NCBI GenBank assembly: GCA_047285535.1 | Contig: JBJBDC010000001.1 | Location: 2,912,136-2,976,135, forward strand | Direction: 5' to 3' | DNA from: Synechococcus sp. | GTDB taxonomy: Bacteria > Cyanobacteriota > Cyanobacteriia > PCC-6307 > Cyanobiaceae | DNA length: 64,000 nucleotides | Shown here: piece by piece, positions 9,717 to 18,860 of the stretch | Layout of the letters: each line of letters starts with the position of its first letter | Position numbering within the stretch: position 1 is the stretch's first letter | Notes under the pieces: model-generated | Told to the model about the DNA's origin: nothing | What the model saw: the letters and a program-made list of their open reading frames with translations, nothing else | The model's database searches: none | Position numbers and translations under genes: made by a program

Positions 9717-11597
9717 GTGTCTGTTCGATCCTTTTCACGCCTGCTGGGTCGCCCCCTGCCACGTTCCAGTGCCAAGGATGAGCGACTGCCCAACCTTCAG
9801 GCTCTGCCGATCCTGTCCTCGGATGCTCTGTCATCCGTGGCTTATGCCACGGAAGCGGCGCTTGGAATTCTGATTCTGGGAGGCAGCGCCGCTCTTCGGC
9901 TATCGCTGCCCATCACCGTGGCGATCATTGCCTTGATCACGATCGTGGTGCTGTCGTATCGGCAGGCGATCTCGGCCTATCCCCATGGTGGCGGTTCCTA
10001 CGTGGTGGCCCGCGACAATCTCGGACGTAATTTGGGATTGGTTGCAGCCGCTGCGCTGCTGATCGACTACACCCTCACTGCAGCGGTCAGCCTGATGGCC
10101 GGAACGCAGGCACTGTCGTCACTGGATCCATCCTTGTTGGCCTACGAGGTTCCGATCGCCCTGCTGCTGCTCGTGCTCGTGGGCTGGGCCAACCTGCGCG
10201 GGGTGAAGGAGGCGGGGCGTGTGTTCTCCGTTCCCACCTATGCCTTTGTGGTGATGATTGTTCTGCTCACGGTTGCTGGGCTCAAGGACCTCACCTTCCA
10301 TCACGGCTGGAGTCCTGATCCGCCCCCTCTCACGACTGCGCTGCAGCCCATCGGCTTGTTTCTGATTCTCCGGGCATTCAGCTCAGGATGTTCAGCGATG
10401 ACTGGTATCGAAGCCATCGCTAATGGTGTTCAGGTTTTCCGGGAGCCTGCTCCCGTCAATGCCCGCAAAACCCTACTGGTGATGGGTGTTCTGCTCTCGG
10501 TGATGTTTCTTGCGGTCAGCACCATGGGATTCATGTATGGAGTCGCACCCAATCCCGACCTCACCGTGTTGGCTCAGATCGGTCAGCGTGTATTTGGCGA
10601 TGGCAGCGCTCTGTACTGGCTCCTGCAGATCTCAACGCTGCTGATTTTGGTGCTGGCAGCGAATACAGCCTTCTCCGGATTCCCTCGTCTGGCGGCAATG
10701 CTGGCGGAAGACCACTGTTTGCCCATGCAGATGAAGCTGCTGGGTGATCGGCTCGTCTACCAGAACGGGATCGGGGTGCTGGTCGCGATCACGGCGCTGA
10801 TCATCGTGATCTGCCGGGGTGACACCACCGTGGCGGTCAATCTTTACGCCCTTGGAGTCTTCACCGCTTTCACGCTCTCTCAACTGGGCCTGGTGTGTCG
10901 CTGGTGGAAGCGGCGTGGAGAGGGCTGGCGCGGGCGGATGGCGATGAATGCGCTCGGATCGCTCACCACCTTTGTGGTGTTGCTGGTGATCGTAGTGAGC
11001 AAATTTGATGAGGGGGCCTGGACCGTGGTGATCGCTATTCCTCTGCTGGTGTGGGGACTGGCCTTGATCCGCCGCCGCTATCGGGAGATCTTCGCTGCCC
11101 TGGCTCTGGACCCTAATGGGTCGTCACTGAAGCTGGTTCCCCGTGATCCACCCACCGGGCACCATGCGATCGTTTGGGTCGCGAGCGTGATGCAACCATC
11201 TTTCGAGGCGTTGCGCTACGCCTGTTCATTCGCCGATTCGGTCACTGCGGTGATGGTGGTGCAGAAGGAAGAGGATGCCGGTCAGCTCAGCCAAATGTGG
11301 GATCGCTATGCGGGCACGGATACTGGTGCTCTTGAGCTGGTGCTGCTCAACAGCCCATACAGTTCGTTGCTGGATCCCTTCTGTGACTTTGTTATGGAGC
11401 AGGAGCGACGCCATCCCGAGCGCACCACCACCGTGGTCATGCCTGTCGCTATTCCCAGGGATCGACTGGATATGGCTCTGCTCAACCAAAGGGTTCTCAA
11501 TCTGTTCGAGGCGCTTTCCACCGACCAGAGCCGCGTATTTTCGATTGTGCGCTATTTCGTTCCCCGCTTGAGCAGCAAGAGCGGGTCAGTGTCCTGA
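9717..11597 (+). CDS. APC-superfamily transporter, KimA/YdaO-like (probable K+/H+ symporter)
   Basis: LSSDALSSVAYATE, GGGSY, LLIDY, TGIEAI, LYALGVF motifs plus a C-terminal cytoplasmic domain. Confidence 0.8.
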   Translation: MSVRSFSRLLGRPLPRSSAKDERLPNLQALPILSSDALSSVAYATEAALGILILGGSAALRLSLPITVAIIALITIVVLSYRQAISAYPHGGGSYVVARDNLGRNLGLVAAAALLIDYTLTAAVSLMAGTQALSSLDPSLLAYEVPIALLLLVLVGWANLRGVKEAGRVFSVPTYAFVVMIVLLTVAGLKDLTFHHGWSPDPPPLTTALQPIGLFLILRAFSSGCSAMTGIEAIANGVQVFREPAPVNARKTLLVMGVLLSVMFLAVSTMGFMYGVAPNPDLTVLAQIGQRVFGDGSALYWLLQISTLLILVLAANTAFSGFPRLAAMLAEDHCLPMQMKLLGDRLVYQNGIGVLVAITALIIVICRGDTTVAVNLYALGVFTAFTLSQLGLVCRWWKRRGEGWRGRMAMNALGSLTTFVVLLVIVVSKFDEGAWTVVIAIPLLVWGLALIRRRYREIFAALALDPNGSSLKLVPRDPPTGHHAIVWVASVMQPSFEALRYACSFADSVTAVMVVQKEEDAGQLSQMWDRYAGTDTGALELVLLNSPYSSLLDPFCDFVMEQERRHPERTTTVVMPVAIPRDRLDMALLNQRVLNLFEALSTDQSRVFSIVRYFVPRLSSKSGSVS

Positions 11598-11630
11598 GGC
11601 AGCATGGATTGATCACGTTCAAGTCTTGTA

Positions 11631-12740
11631 GTGGATCCAAGGGATCTTCAGCTCAGCTCCTACGACTACCGTTTGCCCGAAGAGCTCATCGCGCAGTCCC
11701 CCGTGGAGCCACGCCATGCAGCACGACTGTTGATGGCGCCCCCGCTCAACCGACCCGTGACGGAGCGCAACCATCGTCTGGTCTGGGATTGGCAGGATGA
11801 GCTTCGTTCTGGCGACCTACTGGTGGTCAACGACACGCGGGTTCTGCGGGCGCGTCTAAGGGTGCGGCGTTCCGGTGGTGGTCTTGCTGAGCTATTGGTG
11901 CTGGAGCCTCGCGGCGAAGGCCGCTGGCTCTGTCTTGCCCGACCCGGCAAGAAATTGAAGCCCGGTGATCAGGTTTGGCTTGAAGCCCTTGAACAGGAGC
12001 CCATCCCTCTGCAGGTGTTGACCGCGGATGGCGCCAGTGGCGGCCGCATTATCCAGTTCCCTCCTGCTTTCATCGATGCTGCAGCGATCGAAATGCTGCT
12101 TGAGCGCTATGGCGAAGTTCCGCTTCCGCCTTACATCACACGGCAGGACAGTTCAGATCAAGAGCGATATCAGACGCGCTACGCCACTCGTCCAGGAGCG
12201 GTGGCAGCTCCCACGGCAGGTCTCCATCTGAGTGATGAATTGCTGTCTTCGATTGCTGAGCGGGGAGTTGCTATGGCACAAGTAACCCTGCACGTGGGCT
12301 TGGGTACCTTCAGGCCAGTTGAAACAGAGGATCTCAGCGATCTCACCCTTCACAGCGAATGGGTGGAGGTTAGGCCTGAACTGGTGGAGGCGGTGTCGGA
12401 GTGTCGAGCTCGCGGTGGCCGTGTGCTGGCCGTGGGAACGACAAGTGTGCGTGCTTTGGAAGCCGCTGCCGTTGCGGGCAGCGGGAGCTTGCAGCCATTG
12501 AAGGGGCCTGTGGATCTCGTGATTCAGCCCGGTTATCGCTTCCAAGTGGTACAGGGATTACTGACGAATTTCCATTTGCCCAAGAGCTCCCTGTTGTTGC
12601 TTGTAAGCGCATTAATCGGTCGTCATCAGTTACTTCAGCTCTACAGCAAAGCGATAGAGGAGAGATATCGCTTCTACTCCTATGGAGATGCGATGTGGAT
12701 TCCGCCTGATGCGGTTCTATTGAATGCGAGGCCTCAATGA
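11631..12740 (+). CDS. queA: S-adenosylmethionine:tRNA ribosyltransferase-isomerase
   Basis: [42 protein letters not shown]. Confidence 0.97.
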   Translation: MDPRDLQLSSYDYRLPEELIAQSPVEPRHAARLLMAPPLNRPVTERNHRLVWDWQDELRSGDLLVVNDTRVLRARLRVRRSGGGLAELLVLEPRGEGRWLCLARPGKKLKPGDQVWLEALEQEPIPLQVLTADGASGGRIIQFPPAFIDAAAIEMLLERYGEVPLPPYITRQDSSDQERYQTRYATRPGAVAAPTAGLHLSDELLSSIAERGVAMAQVTLHVGLGTFRPVETEDLSDLTLHSEWVEVRPELVEAVSECRARGGRVLAVGTTSVRALEAAAVAGSGSLQPLKGPVDLVIQPGYRFQVVQGLLTNFHLPKSSLLLLVSALIGRHQLLQLYSKAIEERYRFYSYGDAMWIPPDAVLLNARPQ

Positions 12741-12801
12741 TGGGCTGGAAGGTTCTCATCTTTGATCAGGATCCTTCTGATGACGATCCAGTGATGACAG
12801 G

Positions 12802-12826
12802 AAAAAACCCCGTTTTTAGACGGGGT
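12802..12826 (-). terminator. Rho-independent terminator of cysK
   Basis: Minus strand ACCCCGTCTAAAAACGGGGT hairpin followed by a T run, just downstream of the cysK stop. Confidence 0.8.
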
Positions 12827-12862
12827 AATCAAGCTTTTTCGCGCTCTTCGCCAGATTGCTGA

Positions 12863-13849
12863 TCAAGCAGGAACGGGTTGTTCGATGATGCCGGTGGGGA
12901 CCTCTGCAAACAAGACAGAGGACAGATAACGCTCGGCGAGGTCAGGTAGGACCACCACGATAGTTTTACCGGCGAATTCGTCTAGTTGAGCGAGGCGAAT
13001 TGCGGCGGCGGCGGCGGCACCGCAAGAAATCCCTACCAATAAGCCTTCTTCTTTGGACAAGCGCAGAGCCATCTCAATGGATTCGTCGTTCGTGACTTGC
13101 TCAACGCGATCAACCAATGAGAGATCAAGATTTTTGGGGATGAAGCCAGCGCCGATGCCTTGGATCTTGTGGGGTCCTGGCTTGACTTCTTCGCCATTCA
13201 TTGTCTGGGTGATGACTGGGCTGTGGCTTGGCTCAACAGCCACTGAAGTGATGGCTTTACCTTGTCCATTCTTGATGTAGCGCGAAACGCCGGTGATGGT
13301 GCCTCCGGTACCAACGCCGGCGACCAAGACATCGATGGCTCCATCACAGTCATTCCAGATTTCTGGACCGGTTGTCTTTTCGTGGATTTCAGGGTTAGCC
13401 GGATTCTCGAATTGACCAGGCATGAAATATTTCGCTGGATCGCTCTCAGCAATTTCCTTGGCCTTGGCAATGGCTCCAGGCATGCCTTTGGCGGCTTCGG
13501 TGAGAATGAGTTCAGCCCCCAGTGCTGCCATGACACGTCGACGTTCGATCGACATTGATTCCGGCATGGTGAGAATCAATTTGTAACCCCGTGCGGCAGC
13601 CGTGAAGGCCAGGGCAATGCCTGTATTGCCTGATGTGGGTTCCACAATGGTCTTCCCATCGCTGAGAACACCACGCTTTTCAGCGTCCCAAATCATGTTT
13701 GCGCCGATGCGGCACTTCACGCTGTACGCAGGGTTACGACCCTCGACTTTGGCCAGAACGGTGGCTTTGCATCCCTTCGTGACATGGTTGAGGCGAACGA
13801 GTGGAGTGTTGCCAATGGCTTGGCTGTTGTCGGCGTAGACGCGGGACAT
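12863..13849 (-). CDS. cysK: Cysteine synthase A
   Basis: NPAYSVKCR (PLP lysine), [22 protein letters not shown]. Confidence 0.96.
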   Translation of the reverse strand: MSRVYADNSQAIGNTPLVRLNHVTKGCKATVLAKVEGRNPAYSVKCRIGANMIWDAEKRGVLSDGKTIVEPTSGNTGIALAFTAAARGYKLILTMPESMSIERRRVMAALGAELILTEAAKGMPGAIAKAKEIAESDPAKYFMPGQFENPANPEIHEKTTGPEIWNDCDGAIDVLVAGVGTGGTITGVSRYIKNGQGKAITSVAVEPSHSPVITQTMNGEEVKPGPHKIQGIGAGFIPKNLDLSLVDRVEQVTNDESIEMALRLSKEEGLLVGISCGAAAAAAIRLAQLDEFAGKTIVVVLPDLAERYLSSVLFAEVPTGIIEQPVPA

Positions 13850-14310
13850 GGGGCTGGAATTATTTTCTAGAAATTTAATTCCCATGCATCACTCTGGATT
13901 GCAGCTTCAGGCCTTATTAAGACTTCGAGGTCTTCTGGTGTGCCATTGGTTAAGGGGTTCTGATCAATTGTTTGGTTTTCAAGGCAAACTCGGCCTGCTT
14001 GGAGATAATTAAGGTTGTTTTGAGAGCACTTTCGCCTCCAGCTTGCTCTCGGTGCAAAACCTGAAGATCATTCCCCTAGTCCGAACCTGCGACTTGATGA
14101 AGAAGAGCGGCTCCGACCTTGATGGGTTGGAGTTCTCGGGATTGAGGACATGAAGAGGGCCTAGCGGATTGGATCAGATCCTTGCTTGGACAAGGCCTTG
14201 TTGGACCCAGCTCTGAACATTGTTCATTCTGGCTGCAGTTTGATCTCGTGATCTCAGGCATGCAAAGGAATTTCAATCATCAACGGTGTTAAAAGTTTTC
14301 GTCTTGGTTT

Positions 14311-15789
14311 TCAGCCGCTTGAGATAGACAATGCCTGTTCAAACCGTTGCCAGAGTTCCTCAGGTTCTTCGAGTCCGACTGAAACACGAAGAAGGTGAGA
14401 GGGGACGCCGCAGGCTTCGGCCCACGCCAGTTCGTCATAGTGAGCAAGGAGCACATAGGGGCACACCAACGTGAAAGGTGTTCCCAGGCTGGGACCTTTG
14501 CAGATCGACAAGCCGTTGTAGACCTTCTGGGCTTGATCGACACCACCCTTGAGATCAAACGAAAGTAAGCATCCATATCCTGCGCCCGGACGCAATAAGG
14601 CTCGGAAATTTGCACATTGATCCGGGTAATGCACATGTGCCACCGCGGGATGTTCATCGAGCCGTTGGGCTAGGACTTGGGCCTTGGCATTCAGTTCAGG
14701 GACGCGTGATTGGACATCTCGGCTTCCTTGTTCCAGGGCAATCGCATCAGCATTCCCAAGGGCGACGAATCCTGCGGTTGAGCGCTTGTGTTGGAAGGTT
14801 TGGTCCCAAGGGGAGTAAGGACTGATCACCAGTGCGCCAGCGAGCACATCACCACGACCGGCAAAACTTTTGGTGAGAGAACTAAAGATCAGGTCTGCAT
14901 GATTAAGGATGTCGATGTTCAGGCATGAGCCGATCGTGTCGTCAGCAATGACCGGAATCCCTCTTGCATGAGCCAATCTGGCGATGGCGATCAGATCCAC
15001 GCATTGAAGGAGTGGGTTGCTTGGTAGCTCCACAATCACCGCCGAGGGATCGAAGCGATCCAGAGCGTTTTGGACGGCCTGACTCCTGTTGTCGAGCAGG
15101 AGCTCGCTGCCGGCAAAGATCACCTGGGGCAGCTTCAGGACATCCACGTAGGGAAAGCCAATCTGAAGTGTGGGCCGTCCAGGGCGCAGATCCGTCACCA
15201 ATTGGAGAGCATGGTGAAGAGCTGCCATGCCGGAAGGGTGCAAGCTCAACTGTTGGGTTCCACAGCCGTAAATCGATCCCAGTCGCCTGACCACGTCGAT
15301 TTTGGCGCGTTCACCAGCTCCCTTTGCTGGTTCTGGTTCTTTTTTCAAGCTGATCGCCGCGCATCGGGATGAGGCTCCTAATCCGGCGTGTTGCCAAAAG
15401 GCTTTGGCATGTGGACTGGCTTCAGCGTCGGCAATGAACACCGTGAGTCCGTCTTGATGAATGGTTTGAGTTGCAGCATCTGGGGCCTGAGAGCGGCAAT
15501 GTTGTTGAGCTAGTTGTGCGGCAGCAACGTTGGAGTAAGGCCAGGCACTTGATCCAGAGGGGGCCTTCTCCAATGCCATCTGAGCAACATCCGCGACCAG
15601 AGGGTGCAGTCCGAAACGTGGATAAACCGTGCGCAGCTGTGCGCGGCAGGTTGGATCGTTCTCTTCGTAGGCGATGACATCGCTCCAACGCGGGAGCGCC
15701 ACAGACACGGCATGAGTGCTATCGGGCAAGGGATGACCCAGGTCCTTGCCTTGCCAGCAGGGATTGCGCAGTAGATCGCGGGGACTCAC
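14311..15789 (-). CDS. Cys/Met metabolism PLP-dependent enzyme (cystathionine gamma-synthase-like)
   Basis: PSGMAA, ELPSNP, DDTIG, SLTKSFAG, LLRVSVGLE. Confidence 0.85.
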   Translation of the reverse strand: MSPRDLLRNPCWQGKDLGHPLPDSTHAVSVALPRWSDVIAYEENDPTCRAQLRTVYPRFGLHPLVADVAQMALEKAPSGSSAWPYSNVAAAQLAQQHCRSQAPDAATQTIHQDGLTVFIADAEASPHAKAFWQHAGLGASSRCAAISLKKEPEPAKGAGERAKIDVVRRLGSIYGCGTQQLSLHPSGMAALHHALQLVTDLRPGRPTLQIGFPYVDVLKLPQVIFAGSELLLDNRSQAVQNALDRFDPSAVIVELPSNPLLQCVDLIAIARLAHARGIPVIADDTIGSCLNIDILNHADLIFSSLTKSFAGRGDVLAGALVISPYSPWDQTFQHKRSTAGFVALGNADAIALEQGSRDVQSRVPELNAKAQVLAQRLDEHPAVAHVHYPDQCANFRALLRPGAGYGCLLSFDLKGGVDQAQKVYNGLSICKGPSLGTPFTLVCPYVLLAHYDELAWAEACGVPSHLLRVSVGLEEPEELWQRFEQALSISSG

Positions 15790-16964
15790 GAAAGAAGGGT
15801 GAGAGCTTGATCAAGATCGATCAAGAGGTCAGCGATGTCTTCGCAACCCAGCGACAGGCGAATGAGTCCATCGCTGATGCCTAGTGCTTCTTTGATGTCA
15901 GCGGGGACAGCGGCGTGGGTCATGGTGGCTGGGTGGCAGATCAAACTTTCAACTCCACCGAGACTTTCGGCCATCGTGAACCAACGCAAGGCTTTACAAA
16001 CGGCATAGGCCTGCTCACGGTTCGCCCTCAATTCAATCGTCACAATGGCCCCACCTCCTTTCATCTGGCGCAAGGCCACAGTCCTCTGCGGGTGATCATT
16101 GCGTCCGGGGTAACGCACCCAAGACACAGCCGGGTGCAAGGCAAGATGATCCGCAACAGCCGCTGCGTTAGCCATCTGCTCCTTCAGGCGAAGGGGCAGT
16201 GTTTTGATGCCTCGGGTGATCAACCAGCAGTCGAAAGGGGAAGGCATCAGCCCAAGCGCTTTTTGGGCGAAAACCATGTTTTGGTGCCAGTTCGGCTCAT
16301 CGGTGCAAACGGCACCACCGAGGGCATCGGAATGCCCATTGATGTATTTGGTCGTACTAGTCAGTGAGAGGGTGGCCCCTAGGGCTATCGGCCGTTGCAC
16401 CAAGGCGGTGGAGAAGGTGTTGTCGACCACCACTGGGATGCCTGCACGATTCGCAGCGCTGCATACCGCTTTGAGGTCAATCACCTTGAGCAGTGGGTTG
16501 GTTGGGCTCTCCAACCAAACCATTGCAGGTTGTTGAGCGCGCAGACTCTCCAGAGCAGCAGGATCGGTGAAATCCAACCAGGCAGTTCGTACCCCGAACT
16601 TGGCAAACACCTGCTCAAACAGTCGGACTGTGCAGCCGTAGAGATTCTCTTCGCAAAGGACTAAATCTCCTTGGCTGAGGGTGGAGGCTATGGCTGTAAT
16701 CGCGCTCACACCGGATCCAAACACAGTGGCAAAAGCGCACTCCTCAACAGAGGCCAGTACACCTTCGAGGATACGAAAATTGGGATTACCGGAGCGGGTG
16801 TAATCGAACCCACAGGGGTTGCCATGCTCAAAAGTTGATGTGGCGTAAATCGGCGGCATCACCGTGCCTGTCTCCGCCGCAAAGCTGTCTCCGTGATGAA
16901 TCGCCCGGGTGGCTGCGGCAGGCTTTTCCACGTTGCTCAACACTGGAACATCCAGGCTAGGCAA
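15786..16964 (-). CDS. metB: Cystathionine gamma-synthase/beta-lyase family
   Basis: YTRSGNP, ESPTNP, VDNTF, STTKYINGHSD, AESLGGVESL, IRLSLGCE. Confidence 0.85.
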   Translation of the reverse strand: MPSLDVPVLSNVEKPAAATRAIHHGDSFAAETGTVMPPIYATSTFEHGNPCGFDYTRSGNPNFRILEGVLASVEECAFATVFGSGVSAITAIASTLSQGDLVLCEENLYGCTVRLFEQVFAKFGVRTAWLDFTDPAALESLRAQQPAMVWLESPTNPLLKVIDLKAVCSAANRAGIPVVVDNTFSTALVQRPIALGATLSLTSTTKYINGHSDALGGAVCTDEPNWHQNMVFAQKALGLMPSPFDCWLITRGIKTLPLRLKEQMANAAAVADHLALHPAVSWVRYPGRNDHPQRTVALRQMKGGGAIVTIELRANREQAYAVCKALRWFTMAESLGGVESLICHPATMTHAAVPADIKEALGISDGLIRLSLGCEDIADLLIDLDQALTLLS

Positions 16965-16995
16965 ACACCTTCCTTGCTGATTAACGTTTCAAAAG

Positions 16996-17268
16996 ATGTT
17001 GGACTGCGTTGTGACAGAAAGCCAGGTGCAGCAAAAGGATAAAGACGAATGGCGCGATCATGTGCTTCAGGAAATTGTTGACTTCTTGAGTAAAAACAAA
17101 GAAGAAATTCATGGTCGCTACTTGAATCAGCGACGTGGCCAACTCTCCCGAGATTTCATTGAAGAGAGGGGGTTGATGGATTTCGAGCTAGCGATCACAT
17201 TTTTGGAAGATAAGCCCAAGGGGCTGGGGCTTGGTTTGGGCTTTTTCAAGGCAAATCTGATTCGCTAG
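16996..17268 (+). CDS. Hypothetical protein (90 aa)
   Basis: Clean ORF with protein-like composition; a decayed duplicate lies at about 22335-22562. Confidence 0.7.
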   Translation: MLDCVVTESQVQQKDKDEWRDHVLQEIVDFLSKNKEEIHGRYLNQRRGQLSRDFIEERGLMDFELAITFLEDKPKGLGLGLGFFKANLIR

Positions 17269-17361
17269 AGGCTCGAGAAGTGTTGTTGAAGATGGGATAG
17301 AGGTCGTTTGTGTGCGAGATCAAGGATTGTTTGCCAGAGTGACCACAAAGATTGGAATGCG

Positions 17362-17529
17362 ATGGGCTTACGGAAATCGTTCAAGCAAGCGATGGCTTAC
17401 CTGCTGGGTGTGGTTGATGAGTACTGGGCGATGAGGGAACCTAGTCAATACGGTGAGAGGGATCCCGAATGTTCGATTGCTTCTCAGGATGAGGTTTGTT
17501 TTGGCGAAAGAGCACCCGTAAAAAAATAG
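17362..17529 (+). CDS. Small hypothetical protein (55 aa, MGLRKSFKQ...)
   Basis: ATG at 17362; a decayed duplicate starts at 22661. Confidence 0.6.
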   Translation: MGLRKSFKQAMAYLLGVVDEYWAMREPSQYGERDPECSIASQDEVCFGERAPVKK

Positions 17530-17948
17530 ATGGTCTGTTGTACTGATTGGGAATAATCTTGCTGGCAAAACTATTTTTTAATGCCACAATCAAAAATCCT
17601 GTTCCTTACTACTCTGTTTTTGGAAAAGTTCCTATTCGTTGATGTGTGTTTGCTCTAGCTGTTGGGGTTTCAGATCTTTTTGCTCTTTTGCAGATCCCTT
17701 GTTGAAGACCCATTCGCGGGGTAAGGCTAAGTTCCGCTTTGGTTGTTGTTTATGAACTGATCATTTGAGTAGATGGTGTATTTGCAAAGAAGAAGACCTT
17801 CTTCCTCATGTAATCAGGTTAACCATCAGCACAAAAGACCATCGAACATGGTGGCGGAAAGCTTTTTTGCTAACGGAAGGCCCTGTTTTTCGCACAAGAG
17901 TCTAGACTCGGTGAATAAATGAAGGCGAACTCGAACGGTTTCAATACT

Positions 17949-18848
17949 ATGCATCGCCTTCTCCGTTTTTTGTCTTTCCCAATCCTTGTCATCATTTTAT
18001 TAGGCTGTGGAAGCAATACATCTGAAAAGACATCTGATCTTGAGCAAGAAGAACTCCAGGCATCACAGGCTAGAGATTGTGCCGGAGACCAACGTGAATC
18101 AGCCACAATAAGAACCGTGTCTGTCGTCCCGCAGTTCCCCCAAGCGAAAATTTATGCCTATTACTGGCCACTACTAAAAAGTATTGGAGAGCAATCCAAC
18201 ATTTGCTTTAAATTGAAATTGGCTGCTGATATTCCAGAATTTGAAAAACTTCTGGAAGGGTCAGCTGTTGATTATGCATTCATGAACCCTTATCATCAGG
18301 TTATGAATAAGCAGCGTTACACGCCATTAATCAGGGATGCGAACAAGCTTCTGACCGGAATTATCGTGACCTCCAATTTCTCTTCAATTCAAAATATACA
18401 AGATATTGATGGTAAAACACTCTTCCTGCCCGCACCTAATGCCTTTGGTGCATCGTTACTTGTAAGATCCTATCTTTCTTCGCAAGGGATCAGTCCTATT
18501 GTGAAATACGTAAAAACACACAGCAATGTTTATAGAAACACTTTGTTGGATGTAGACAGTGTGGGAGGAGGTGTTAATAATACGTTGAAAAGGGAAAATT
18601 CTGCAGTGCTGTCAAAACTTAAAATCTTGAAGGAAACGAAAGGTTACCCTGCTCATCCTTTCTCGTCGAAATCAGATCTTCCGAAAAACGAACAAATCGA
18701 AGTTCAAAATGCTTGGTTAAATCTTGGCGAAGAGAAAGAAAATTTTCCCATATTAAATAAAGCGCAAATACCAACTCCCATCAAGGCGGATTACCAAGAT
18801 GATTACCAACAGCTGGAATTGCTTGGCCTCGAGAAATATGTGCAATAA
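17949..18848 (+). CDS. PhnD/SsuA-like type II substrate-binding lipoprotein
   Basis: Lipobox LLGC; VVPQF, IPEFE, DYAFMNPYH, PAPNAFGASLL, YVKTHSNVYR, PAHP; no ABC permease nearby. Confidence 0.85.
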   Translation: MHRLLRFLSFPILVIILLGCGSNTSEKTSDLEQEELQASQARDCAGDQRESATIRTVSVVPQFPQAKIYAYYWPLLKSIGEQSNICFKLKLAADIPEFEKLLEGSAVDYAFMNPYHQVMNKQRYTPLIRDANKLLTGIIVTSNFSSIQNIQDIDGKTLFLPAPNAFGASLLVRSYLSSQGISPIVKYVKTHSNVYRNTLLDVDSVGGGVNNTLKRENSAVLSKLKILKETKGYPAHPFSSKSDLPKNEQIEVQNAWLNLGEEKENFPILNKAQIPTPIKADYQDDYQQLELLGLEKYVQ

Positions 18849-18860
18849 TTTGCTGTACTT

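Noticed and set aside
13886..14310. Long intergenic region upstream of cysK, possible riboswitch or small ORF
   Set aside because: No recognisable riboswitch consensus; hand-translated ORFs are short and unconvincing.
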